Shown one piece after another: positions 46,894 to 60,776 of a DNA stretch of 64,000 bases (its first letter is position 1; each line of letters opens with the position of its first letter). The position numbers and the translations under genes are program-made. The notes under the pieces were generated by a model. It did no database searches. It saw nothing but the letters and a program-made list of their open reading frames with translations, and had not been told where the DNA came from. Location of the stretch: positions 7,068,001 to 7,132,000 of the forward strand of contig CM022668.1 in the NCBI GenBank assembly GCA_012295275.1, written 5' to 3'. This DNA comes from Chrysomallon squamiferum (taxonomy: Eukaryota; Animalia; Mollusca).

Positions 46894-49800
46894 AAAAAAA
46901 ACCCCTTCAATTTCAGTAATTGTTTTCCAAACAAACCCATTAACAATTAGGAAACAATTTGGTTATTTTTTTTGTTTTGTTTTTTGTTTTTTTGTTTTTT
47001 AATTCCCCTTATCATTAATTTTTCACAGTATAGCAATTCAGCAGCAAAAGGGTTAATGAGAATGATATAACCACACCAGTGATATATATATATATATGTA
47101 TATATTTCATCATGAAGAAAATGTAATTAATAGTTTGATGTTAGTTTTGGTTAATTCTGTACAAATGTTCTAACAACGGTTTTGAACAAGTTTTTATAGA
47201 TTAGAATCAAGCTTTTAAAACTTGTACTAGGCTTGAAATATCTATTATTAGTAACCTACTAGCCTGAAAAGAACATTTGATGTCATTAGCACAACATTTC
47301 AACACATATAATGGAGTAACTGTAAAGGATAATGAATGCAACTGAAGTGATATCCCCTTGAATGCCGCTGATATTATGCACGTACAATACAAGACATATA
47401 AAAATAATTATCATTTCATCTGATTATCAAAGTTAGTTTTAAGAATTTAAAATAAAGATTTATAATTAAAAATAACATCTGGAACATATAAAACAAAATA
47501 ATTTTTAAAAATGTAGTAGAAAGTTGGAAATTAATACACAGGGCAACAACAGAATTTAAAAAAAAGAAAGAAAAAGAGAAAACACGACAACTCTGGATGT
47601 TTTTGTTTTTTTTCTGATGTTTTGAAATCACAAATGTTATACACTTGTTACAAGTGGCTGGCGAGAAAAAAATATATGAAATCTATGTCAATCAAATTTA
47701 TCATTGCTGTTCAAACAGAGAAATCTGAATATGATCATAGACAAAGCAAATCTAGTTGTCAAACCTTTACACAGTACACGCCCAAATATACACACTATTT
47801 ACATCTGTAAATAATGGATACCACAGACAAGGGAATAAATAAATAAATAAATAAATGAATAAATAAATAAATAACAAAATCAACTATATATATAATAAGT
47901 AAAAATAATAAAATTAATGACAGATAACAACAACAACAATAATGAACTAAAAACCGACTCACTGTATTGTTTTAAAAAATTACTATTCTTATCATCACTG
48001 CAGTTTGCTTGTGACCAAAACGGCAAATTCAAAGTTATAACACTACCTTATGATTGGCACTCCTCCTAAAAAAAAACCCCATGTATTTAGATTTTGCAGA
48101 GTGGCAGTCCTCCTACAAAAAACCAAGCAAAGCTGCTGCATACCCTATCAGGCCAGTAATTATAAACTTGGAGTGTCAACATTAACAAAAAAAAGTCTAC
48201 ACAGATAAAGAAGAGTTTTCTCTGTAATATAGCAAAACAAGACATGTTAAAAAAAATTTAAAAAAAAAAATAAAAATATATATACATCCTGTGACCAACT
48301 CAAAATTCACCTTCTAGTTTAACTTTACAACATATCTGTAAAGCAAAAAAAAAGCAGAGATTACTAAAATAGGCAGTATATACTGAGACTAGATTTGAAT
48401 TATTGTTAACAGATACATTTATTAGTTAAATGGCCATTTCTTATATTTTAAAATTTAAACTTTTTTTTATTTTTTTTATTTTTTTGGTTCCAAGCTTATT
48501 TTAAAATCAGTGTCAAAATCTACTCTGATGCCCAAGTTGAAAATAAATTTATTATTTTTTTTAAATCCTCATTTAAATCTGTATTAGGAAATACTCTGAA
48601 ATCAAAGAGGAAATTTATATAAATATTTTCTATGTCTGTGGCATCCAAAATTACATGTAAACACAACAATATTATCATACACTAATATCATCCAAATTTT
48701 AATACTTTACAGTTCTGTACATTGGTATACATCTACAATTAAACTGAGTGAACGTTTTTAGTTGTGTTTGGACGAGCCTATTGTTAAATAATGGTTTCCT
48801 AAGCTGCTGGTAAACTGAAAATTGAAGTTGTTTAGGATTAACAATAAACATTAGTGTGGCTAAAAGTTTCATTATAGTATGCATGTTCAGCTTTAATCAA
48901 GGAATGTGACTTAATGATAATCAGTTAATCCACAAATTAAGTCTCGACTTGAGATTTTTTTTTTTACTAACTATCAAATCCATGTTTGTACCAGATAAAA
49001 AAATTTAAAAAAAAAAAAAAAAAAAAGAAAGAAATAATAGAAATAAAGTAAAATAATAATAATAAAATGAATAATAAAGAAAACAACTTTTGCTGAATCC
49101 AACAAAAAATGTTTAGCTGGTGAAAATATTTTTCAGTTATTTAATTCAAACAAACATGTAAGACTTTTTTGTAATTTATTTTTTAAAGCATTTCTTTTAA
49201 ATCTTAAAAAAAAAAAATCTCTTTGCTGTGAACTTATTTTAATGTGAAAACAATAATAATTTAAAAAATGTGCTAGGAAACCTTCACCAACAGTAAACAA
49301 GTCCAAAATTATTTTCATGCACCTCATCTGTCAATGATATCACATATTTGCCAAGTATATATATAATTCACCCTGCACATTACAAATGGACTCAACCAAA
49401 CCACAATATTGGCTAGTCCATATATTAAACATAGGGGTGAAAGGATAGTGAGACAGAAACTGAAGGGCAGATTTCTTAAATTTTTATTTTAAAAAAATAA
49501 GAGAAGGGAAATGTAGACTGGAATATTTTTAATCTTCATCTTGGTTTGCATCAGACATCACACTAACAAATCATGAAACAACCATAATCCAATTCAAAAA
49601 ATCTAAATTGATAAACATTGATGTAATATATAATATTTATATATAATATATTTATATTTTATATATTTATGTACACAAATATACCTTCTGATTACAATAT
49701 CCCTATCAAGACAGTCTGTCTATCATACCAAAGGAGAAAAAAAAAGAAGAAAAAAAAAAGAAATACAGTAACTGTGGAAAATTTTGAAACAAGTTACTTT

Positions 49801-50680
49801 GCATTAATAATTGAAAATCAAAAATTAAATCAACCAAAAGGTGAATATGTGTATCAAGACAGGATTCTGAAAATGTATACATGATGAAACAAACAAAGCA
49901 TTATATAAAGAAAAAAAATTATTATATTTGTAAACGGTTGAGCACATGCAACATTTTGAAAAAAAAAAAAAAAAAAAAAAAAAAGCACAAAAAAATAAAA
50001 CAACTATATAGCAATGAGGATCATGCACACATCATACTCCAGTGTTATAAAGACAAAAATTTTCCTCTGACAACTGAAATTTTAGTTTATTATTTTTATG
50101 AAAATAATCAGGCAGTAGTTTCTATTGGTTACGATAACCTACTGCTGTGAAAATTGTTAACGACAAACTGTTTTGTTTTGGTGATCAATTGTAAAATGGC
50201 AAGAAATTACGTTTTAATTTTGTTTGCCTCTTCAACTTGCTACAATTAATACATATTTAAAAAAAAAATTAAATGAAGTAACATTCTCACAGATGCTTAT
50301 CTAGTTATTACTACAGGATAAACAGATGGATAGATGGTTTTTAGTTGATTAAAAGTATCAAAGAATATTTTCAGAAGTCCAAATTGCAACTTTTTTTTTA
50401 TTTTTTTTTTTAAATCTATTACAAGAATGTCTTTTTTTTTTAAACACTGACTGCCTTTCTTCATGTGAATAACAACTTTTAAAAGAAATTGTTGTAGTAG
50501 TTGTTGTTGTAGTATTAATACAGCATCTTGATGTTAGTATTAAGTTGGATGCCAACTGAACAAACGCAGCCTTGTAGCAATTTCAGAAACAATGAAACCA
50601 ATTATAAAAATTACTGAAATGTTCATCAGTTCACTGGAACAATTTTCTGTTGAATAAAACCATAACAAAAAAGCAGCAGT

Positions 50681-50723
<43 letters not shown>

Positions 50724-53104
50724 AAATAGGAAAACAAAAACAACCGTAACCAGGGTATGTGACAATGTCTGTATGTATATCATATTTTAAATTGGTTTTG
50801 TTTTAATTCATTATTACATTCACACACATCGAACCAGCTAGAAACATAATGAAATCAGAAATGTATAATATATATATGCATATATACACAAACACACAAA
50901 CTTTACCTCAGCCCACCGTTCATTTAACAGTATATACAAGTCAATTCAACAGAAAAAAAAATTAAAAATAAATTTTCGGAGACTGCTTTTGTCCATACTG
51001 TCTGTCTGTCAGAAATTAGATTGGTGCAGTTTTTTTTCCCCTCTTCATTCATTCTACATTTCCTTGTCCATTTATGTAACAATTAGAAGTCTATATTTAT
51101 AAATATAAATAAAAAAAACTTTCGGAGCCCTGCAAATGGTGAAAACATCCACATTTATTTTCTATTTAAAGTAAAAAAAAAAATATATATTATCATTCTG
51201 AAATGTTTCCAACTTTCTTATTTGTAATTAAGAAAAACCAAGATCTTTAATGAAATAATAAATTTAAAATAAAATATTGAAATTTTGAGTTAAGCTGTTA
51301 GAAGGTGCTCTTTACATTTTAGTTATAATAATCTGAATGATGCTAATAATAATTTCCCAATGGATGTCAAAATAAAACAATAAAAAAATACAAGTTGCTT
51401 GCTTTCACTGAACCATTCAGCCTACAGGTTCACAAAACTGAACCAATCAGATTGTTGGTAACTTTAACAAACAAAAGCTGACCGTATGTTTAACAATACA
51501 ATAAAGAAAAAACAAATTTCTTCTATTTCATGTTCTGGATTATTATTGTTTAATATATTTAAATTTTTTATTTAGCTTCTGTATAAATATACAAAGTTTC
51601 TTGCAACCAACCGTTAGAACTCATAAATATTTCATGTTTTAGGTGTAAACCATTTTAATTATTAGCATCATTTAGATCATAATGACAAGATTAAAAAGTA
51701 TTAATTTTGGTGAATTATTTCATGTGGTAGTCCAAATGAAACTGATTAAAAAATAAATTTTTATGTTACAAAAAAAATTTGAGCATTAAGCTAATTAAAA
51801 CATATGCATCTTTTATTAGAGGAAAAAGAACAGTATTAATTAATTTTTAAAATAAGACTGTACAATTTATTTTTTATATATAACTTTTAAAAAAGCTTAT
51901 ATTCTCATTTTTAATACAATATATTTAGCAGAATGAAAATAAATTTAGTTTTGACTGAATGTAAAATACACCAACAATGAAGGAAAATGGAAAAAGAAAA
52001 AAGAATGAACATGAAGCAAAACAATGCCTGCATGTCCTCCTTAATCAACAAGTGATGTTATGAACTATAAGAAAAATTATTTCTTTACACCACACTTAAA
52101 ACTCTAAAGATTAAACCAAGATTATGACGGAATTCAACATTACCTTTGTTTGGATTGAATATTTGATGCAAAGAAAAAAAAATAATATATATATATATTA
52201 TGGCTCAGAAATTTCAAAACACTGGGAAAAGTAGTGAAAAAAAGATGGTGTAATATTTTATTTTGTATTTTTCAACAGTTTATTGATTTACATTTACATA
52301 AATAACAAAAAAAAAAGTTTTTAGATCTTGGATCAGGATTATTAATCATTGTTTTGTATATTATATTATATATTTATATAATATAATATATATATATATA
52401 TATAGAAAGAATCTTGTATAATGAATTTATTTGAAGCTTTACTATTTCTATTTCAAATAGACACTGTATTTTTGGCACCAACAGCAGATAGAGAAAGAAA
52501 GAAAAAAAAGATTTTACAGGGAGTAAAAATGTGTAGCTACTACAATTATACAAAAATATACAAAGCACAAACTAAATCATACAAAGTTCAAAAAATAAAA
52601 AATAAAATAAAAAGAAAAAATTATTAATGCAACCATGGAAGAAAAAGTCAACAAATTAATGAAACAAAATTTACAACATAAACACACATTTTTTTTTAAT
52701 AATTTTTTTCTTTTAAAACAAAAATATTTCTACATAAAAATAATTATGTCACCAATAGTCTTAATGTCTCCATCTTCCCAAACCTGTTTTGAACAGCCAC
52801 CTAGTAGTCAGACAGATTATCAGCAGAAAGTAAAGGGCATTAACTCCGACATATAATGGCTAACAACTTCTGAAACAATCCAATAAAGGCAACATTGACA
52901 CAAATAAAAAAAAAATAATAAAAAATAAAGATTTTTGTTTTGTTTTAGAATGACAATATAGACAAGTCTTTTTCCTTCTGATGCTCTTCTCACAAGCAGC
53001 ACTTTACAAATAAAACAAAAACACAAAATAATAATAATAATAATAAACCTTTTCAAACATTAAAATCTGTACAATTAAACTTTGGTTTGGCTTTCATTAA
53101 CTGC

Positions 53105-53372
53105 TGACCAATCAAAACTTGTAGTCAACTGTTATAACCAACCATCAGACAGCTTGCAGTAACCAACCAATCAGAAGGCTTGCAGGTATTAATCAACCAA
53201 CCAGACTGCAGATAGCTTTACAGAACGAACCTATCGGATTGCAAGTAGCTTTACAATACTCAGCCAGTCAGACTGCAGGTAACTTCACATCTGTATTGTT
53301 GGTAGCTTTACAATATTCAACCAATCAGATTCCAGGTAGCTTTACAATACTGAGCCAATCAGATTGCAGGTA
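53105..53372. repeat. Degenerate 25-34 bp tandem repeat carrying CCAATCAGA cores
   Basis: About 8 units of a(a/g)ccaatcagattgcaggtagctttacaata; cores at about 53108, 53142, 53167, 53197, 53230, 53264, 53321, 53355. Confidence 0.8.
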
Positions 53373-53714
53373 CTAGACATCTGTTCCATCTTGATCAGTT
53401 TCTGTGATCAACTTGAAGGAAGCAAACCAGGCACTCTATAATTCAAACAATAATAATTCTCTATCACCAGGACAGCCTACAGTTCACAAACATTCTTTGT
53501 CCTATTCTAAATTCCTCATCAACCTCAAACAATTTTTAAAAAAAATAAAAAATAAAAAAGAAGCATTCTGCCGAGCCATATGCAAAAGTCAAAGCCACTA
53601 ATCCAAAATGTCTCTGTCACATCTCCTTCAAAGTCTTATTCCTGCTCCTCTTTTTTTTGGCAACAGCCAAATTTTCTTCAAGGAATCACACGAATGATCT
53701 GCTTTGCCATTTTG

Positions 53715-53747
<33 letters not shown>

Positions 53748-53877
53748 TGTCAAACATTTTCATTTTAACCTTTCCACAAGACCCACCCCAAAATACTGCA
53801 CTCACATTTCAACTCTGCAGCCCCCTCCCTCTTCATCGAAATCCTTCACTTTTAAAAAGTTTATTTCAAATATATAT

Positions 53878-53921
<44 letters not shown>

Positions 53922-53986
53922 ATTCCTCTCATTTAAACAGTATTTTTTTTTGTTGTTGTTGTTGTTTTTTAAATTATCGGACTAGC

Positions 53987-54367
53987 TCATTTGGCAGAAA
54001 CTTTCACCTCCCGGTCCCTACGAACTCTCAGCCTCTCTCGGTTCTCCTTTGACTTCGGACCTCTTGGTGGGTGTCTCAAGTCCTTCGGATCAGTCTCCTT
54101 CACAATGTTTTCTTTACTGGCTGGCCTAGCACTTGCTGATGCAGCTTTAACTGTCTGTGTTTGCTCCCGTAACGTGCTACCTGATTTAATACAATTAGCT
54201 TGCGGAGTTGTTGTTGGTGATGTTGGTAATGGCTCTGTGACGGCGCTGTCGTCACCTTTCACTTTGTCAGTGAAGCAGTCGGGGTCTTTTTTCCGCTGCA
54301 CCATTTGGGCGTAACTCAGTTTGGCACCGGTTGGAACAGGTGGAGTTGAGGGTGGCACTTTTTCTTC
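53987..54367 (-). CDS. LARP4: LARP4 last coding exon
   Basis: ttttcag|EEKVPP...[12 protein letters not shown]...VSAK*. Confidence 0.9.
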   Translation of the reverse strand, partial: EEKVPPSTPPVPTGAKLSYAQMVQRKKDPDCFTDKVKGDDSAVTEPLPTSPTTTPQANCIKSGSTLREQTQTVKAASASARPASKENIVKETDPKDLRHPPRGPKSKENRERLRVRRDREVKVSAK

Positions 54368-54457
54368 CTGAAAAGTTATAAGTCAACTGATTTTAATCTT
54401 CTACTGCAGTAACTTTTGCCAAAAACAGAATTAGTTTAAAACTATTTGAATAAATTA

Positions 54458-54492
<35 letters not shown>

Positions 54493-55055
54493 CTCTCAGT
54501 GTAATAATTATATTTTAAGAGTTTTCTTATTTCTGTTTTTAGTTTATAATAGGTATAAACAAGATTACAGTAGTAATGATATTTCTAGTGACTTAAATTT
54601 GTGAAAAGGGCACAAACTAATAACCTTCATGAAAGAATATTTGTTCATTTCCATTTTGTGGGTGTGTTTTACTGGATTTTTTTTCTAACATACTCATTCA
54701 CACTAACTCTCTTTCTCTCCCCCATTCTCCTCCTCTCATACACAAACACTAACAACCAACAACCATCCATACATTCATCCATCCATCCATCCATCCATCC
54801 TTTCTCCCTCCACCTTTCTCTTTCATGCACTAAAATACACAACATACTTGTAATAATAAAATTTTCCAATTGATAAATACTAATTATATTCATGACAATG
54901 TAAATTAATAAAAAAATATTTGCATACTGAAACAAATAAACTATTTTTTAAGTGTTTAAACAAAAAAATAGTTTGTTACATGGGCCCAATTATGGGATAA
55001 AAATGTTTATTATATATGGAGTGACTGACTTTTTATTCTTATTCATCTTATCAAA

Positions 55056-55086
<31 letters not shown>

Positions 55087-55380
55087 GAGAGAGAGAGATA
55101 TGAAATATGATATATGGGATGTTGCAAGTGTATATTCTCCTTAAGCATTTCTAATAAAAAAAAATTATGTTATTTATATGATTATTATATTGGCTTTTTC
55201 TACTTGCTTCCAGTACTGATTTTAAATTCTCAAAACTGATGAGAAAGAAGTTTTCAGACGCAGACACAAAGACAAAGGGTGTGGTTCTTTACAAGGATGG
55301 CGAGGACGTCAAACTGAGGATGCCTTCAGGAACATATGCTTCAGCATAAATTTTATCACCATTGTCAGACACATTCTCCA

Positions 55381-55428
<48 letters not shown>

Positions 55429-55435
55429 AATAATA

Positions 55436-55532
<97 letters not shown>

Positions 55533-55862
55533 ACACACACACACACACACACACAGAGAACTGAATAAAGTTAGTTACATGTATGGAAGTGACTGCTGGT
55601 TTTGCTTGGCTTGTACATACTACTTCCACCCTCTTGGTTGCTGGCGGGTCAGAAGATGGTTTTGAATCAGGGGCATGGCTGCCCTGATTTGAAGAAGCCT
55701 TATTTGCATGTAATCTGAAACAAATTAAAACAAATAATGAAATTTAATCCTGAAAATAGTTAAACAGATACAGACAGACAAAGGTAGGTATGTCAGAAGT
55801 TAGACCTTTACACAAAAATGAGGTATGCATGCACACATGCACTCAGACAGACAGACAGACAG

Positions 55863-55902
<40 letters not shown>

Positions 55903-57239
55903 ATTTTTCTTTTTAATAGCTTCGGTTTTCTTAAGACTAACATGCATTTAAAGTCACAATTGTCTGCAACAATAGTTAATATTTTAGGACTAAAATTAAC
56001 TGAAATTTCATGTACAACAGCACAATTACAAACTTTAGAACTACATGCAAGAAATATTTATGATTAAAATATAATAGAAAAAATAAAAATTAAAAATAGA
56101 CACCTTATAAAACCAAAACATAAAATAAAAATAAAAAGTTTCATACTTTTGATGAACAGGTTTTGCCGTAACCACGGTAGTACTTGCAGTCGTCACAGCA
56201 ACAGCTGTGGGTTGTGGACTATCATTGGCTGCGATCACAGGAGGAGAGGGCGGTCTGGTTACCATGGGAGCTGGGGAAGAGACTGGCGGTTGCGACACGG
56301 GGACGGCAGTTTGAGTCTTCACGTCGCGTACCTGTGGTCGGGCAGTTCCCTTGACAACATCAGAGTGCTTGCTTTCAAATGCCTCATTGCTGGTGGCATT
56401 GTTCTGATTAAACAAAAAAACAATGAACTACACATGAAAAAACTGAGGTTTAAAAAAAAATCTAAAAATATACAAAAAATTCCTCTAAAAGAACAACAAA
56501 TACTTGTTAACATTAAGATCAGCTAAACAACATGAAAACACAGAAAAGTTAGTAACTCCCCTGGTATAAATCCAAAGAAATCGAGAATTTTTTTTTATTA
56601 AACTTTTTGTCTAGTCTGAAGAAAGGCCGTTTTTTTCCTTTTTTTTTAAATTTTAATATACATTTTTTTTCTTCATTAGTGCCTTATTTGAAGAAGTGAT
56701 ATATTAACTTCTGTTTTCACTTACAAAAGATCCAGGTAAGGGAGGGAATGAATTGGACTCTAGTTCAAACTGAGGCTCCCGCCCATCACGGCTTGAGTAG
56801 GAAGAACCAAGTCGCTGAACAAAGAAATTCATTTATTTTAATTCATTAAATAAACAGTCTCATTACCATCTTAGTCATTCAGAATACACTCATTTACTAC
56901 AGCCGTATTATTTTAATCATATAAACTTGAATATTCTTGTTTACTAATTAATGCATAACTGAATAATGTATGTATTTTTTAAATTAAATTAAAAAAAAAA
57001 AAATGCAAAACAAACAAACACCAAAAGCAACAAGCTGCAGTCCTAAATAAAAAAAAAACTGAACACCCCCCCAAAAAACATTAGTCTTGAAATACAAATT
57101 TTAATGTTATAAAATTTTAAATTAAAATCTTACAGAAATTTTAGCACCATCATCGGTCTTTCTTGTTCTTCTGTAGCTTTTTCTGAAAGTACGTAAATTT
57201 ATAACTAAATTATTTATCAATCAATCATTCAACAACAAC

Positions 57240-57270
<31 letters not shown>

Positions 57271-60200
57271 TTTGTTTATTATGACAATTATCTTCTAGAA
57301 TCACTGATAATTCAGGAACTTTTGAACTCTGGTGTATGGAGAAACTTCACTGGTTTAAAGTTATACTGGCACATCAAGTGATTATGAAATCATTTGGCTT
57401 TCATGGAATCCTGATCTGCTGAGGATTCAATTTTACGAAGGAGCACTCTATTAATACCTTAAACAGTGTTAAATTATAATCAAATCAAATCAAATCAAAT
57501 CAAATGTACTTTTGAGTCTGGGTGTCCATCGGCCTGCCACTGTTCATGGTGATGTTTGCGTTGGCATCAACACCATGAGGTTGAACTGAGGTCATGTGAC
57601 TATGGTTTCCATTGTGTTCGCCACGATTCCGGTTCAGATTCGACATCTGAGAGTTGTCAAGGCCTCTTGGACTCATTCTCGGGGCAGAGTTCATCTGATG
57701 TCTCTCTGGCAGCAATCTGTTCTCTGAATTACTCCTCTCCTGGTTCATCGGTCGGTGAGGTTTTATGTTTCTATAATAATAGTAATAAAATAATAGTAAT
57801 AATAATAATAATAGTAGTATTAATAAGGAGAATAACAACAACAACAATAATAATAATAACAGTTGACAGTGACAGTAGTAGCAGCTATAGTAATGTAATA
57901 ATGATGGTAATAATAACAACAATGATGGTAACAACAACAACAACAAGAAAAACTTGACCATTTAAAACAGAATTAATTTCTTTAAAGAAGGAGTCACCAA
58001 AGTGGTTGAAACTGACCACTAGGAGTTAATGGGTTCATTAAAGTTCATTAAAGTTCATTAAAGTTTAGAGGTCAGAAGTTTATCAAAAAACACTGGTCAG
58101 TTATGGCAGTGCTTGTACCAGTATAAGAAATATATGATTAATATGATTTTTTTGATTTTTTATTTTTTTTTAAATATTTTTCGAAATTATCAAAATTTAA
58201 ACACTGATATTTATTTATTTTTCATGCTTGGTATACTTTAACAAATGTTACTAACCTGTGTCTAACTTGAGTCTGGTACATAGGTCTACTAGACGTTGTA
58301 TTTGGTTTTATGCTTGTTGCCTGGTAACCATTCATTTGAAAAATCTGAAAACAATTTTTTGAAAAAATGTATGAATTAAAAATGAAGAACCAACAGAAAA
58401 CGACCAAAAAAAAAACCTCATCAATCTTTTTAATAAAAATTATCTGCAAACAAAAATTAATGACTTTTCTTATTTTAACTACATATTCAATCTTGCTTTT
58501 ATCACTTTTTTTTCTTTTTTTTTTTTTAATAAAACAGTAACAAAGCAAAATACAGTATGAAAAAATATATTTATAAATAAACTATATGAAAATTGAAAAT
58601 TAGCCTTTTCCTTAAAACTGGTTTCCTAAAATTAATCTGCAATGGTAGTGACTTCAGTAATTATAACAACAACAATAATAGTAATAATTACAACAACAAT
58701 AACAACAACAACAACAATTTTAAAAAATGTTCACACTGTGTACCAACCAAAAAGAAGTGTTTAGTGTTTTGTTATTATTCCGAGGATATTTCTGAATGTT
58801 ATTAAAAAAAATTAAAATAATCACTTATTATTAAAAAAATAATAATAAAGAAATCAAAATACTAAGGAACACTTACAGTTCCTGGGTCCAAAAAGGCTGG
58901 AGTTGCTGATGGTGGCCATGTGGTCATAACTTGTGGATTTGTTGGAAAATATGGAAATATCTGCACAGAACAAAAAAAATAACAATGAATTAATGAATAA
59001 ATGAATAAGTGAATATATTATATATATATATAAAAATAAAAATATTAAAAATACATATATATATATATGTATGTATGTGTATTAAAAAATTAAGAAAAAA
59101 GGAAAAAAATAAAAAATATAAATGGACAAATTTTAAGAACATATATATATATATATATATTAAAAAATAAAGAAGAAAAATAAAAAATAAAATAAATGGA
59201 CAGACATTATATAAATCAAGAAATATTTTTCAATTTTTTTTTTCATTGTTTGTTTAAAAACAAATTTAAAAACATTTGTAGTTATTTTTTCATTTATAAG
59301 TTAGTTTATTATTTTTTCATTTACTAAATATGTTCTATCTTCCTGGTAAATTTATAATGACTTCCTCATTGATGTAAGGAATAGATTTATTTAAATTAAT
59401 TTACCAATTTATTAAATATGATTTTAATATGCACACATTAGTTAAATTTAGGTTGTTATTTGATGGTTGTTGTTTATATTAATATAGCAGTAATAGTTAC
59501 GTATACTGGGCTGTTAAAAATGCGTAAATACAGAGATTCTATTATTCTGAATCATTATCTCAGGGTCAGAAAGGTTTTCAAGGTTAAGTCTAGATTCCTG
59601 AGTCAACAAATGTTATTAATAGATTACATTTTTTTTTTTTTTTTTTTAAATTTCCAGTAAAATATAATCCACATAATTTACGTCATATAAACCTTCTTGT
59701 TTCAACACAATGCCAGGCTTATTTATTTGTTGGTTTATTGACTTGCTGATGCTAAAATTCATCAAGATCTCTGCCCCTTCTGTCGCCCAAAACACAGAAA
59801 TTTTCATTTGTTTACACATCTTTAGTGCAAAAGAACCTGATGCTTGCTTTGAGAGTTATGGTTTCATTTTAACTAAGAAAACAGCATCAGCTGATAACCG
59901 ATTTTATCTCCCTTTTCTGCCATTTTCATCCAAAGAGGTGAAAAATGTTTATATAAAAAAAAAATATATATATTTATATCTTGACCACCTGAATTTATTT
60001 TCACTGAAACAATGAAATTTACCAACACCCCAACTCAAAAAACCCACACCAGCTACTGAGTTCACTGCAACAGTCTGCAAACCAACAAAACAAATAAGCC
60101 AGGCCCAGGAAAAACATAAAAACAAAATAATTTGAGTGTTTTACATGTGGAGGAGCGCCATTGATGTATGGAACCCTCTGCTGCACTATTGGAAACTGCG

Positions 60201-60745
60201 GTTGCTGTTGTTGAGGTTGAACTGTGAAAGAACTTTGCTGATCAAATGGCTGCAGCTTTGTCATTCCATTTCGGGGAACATACGATGTTGACCGAATTAG
60301 TGGCTTTGCTTTTATTCTGGCCTGAAAGTTCAAAAGTGCATAGATTAATGAAAGAAATAATAAAGAAATTTACTTGGGGAAATTATTCCTCAATATTATT
60401 TCTTCTGAGAGAAAACATGGTGCCATGTATTAATGATGTAATAAAATTCTTTATATTTCTAAGTCAGTGTTCTGGTTGATCTACTGTGAGGTGCAACCAA
60501 GTGTGACAATAAAATAATACTGTTAGTAATCATTTAAACATTTTATTCCTTAATACAACTATATTTATTGTTAGCACTATCATTATTAAACTGTCAAAGT
60601 TACTTCCCTATCATCATTAAATCTTTATTATTACTTATGCATTAAATATATTGTGGCAGACAGTTGTATTTTGTTTTGTTTGAGAGAACTCAAAAAATCA
60701 TTAGGGCAAAAATAAAAATAAATAATTTTACGTGTGTGTGTGTGT

Positions 60746-60776
<31 letters not shown>

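Noticed and set aside
53975-53989. Stop-codon readthrough at the LARP4 TGA
   Set aside because: Context is TGA-GCTAG, not the UGA-CUAG readthrough motif.
57290-57460. Possible intronic C/D snoRNA or extra exon in LARP4
   Set aside because: No canonical RUGAUGA C box or terminal stem; the exon reading hits a stop and the flanking exons already join in phase.
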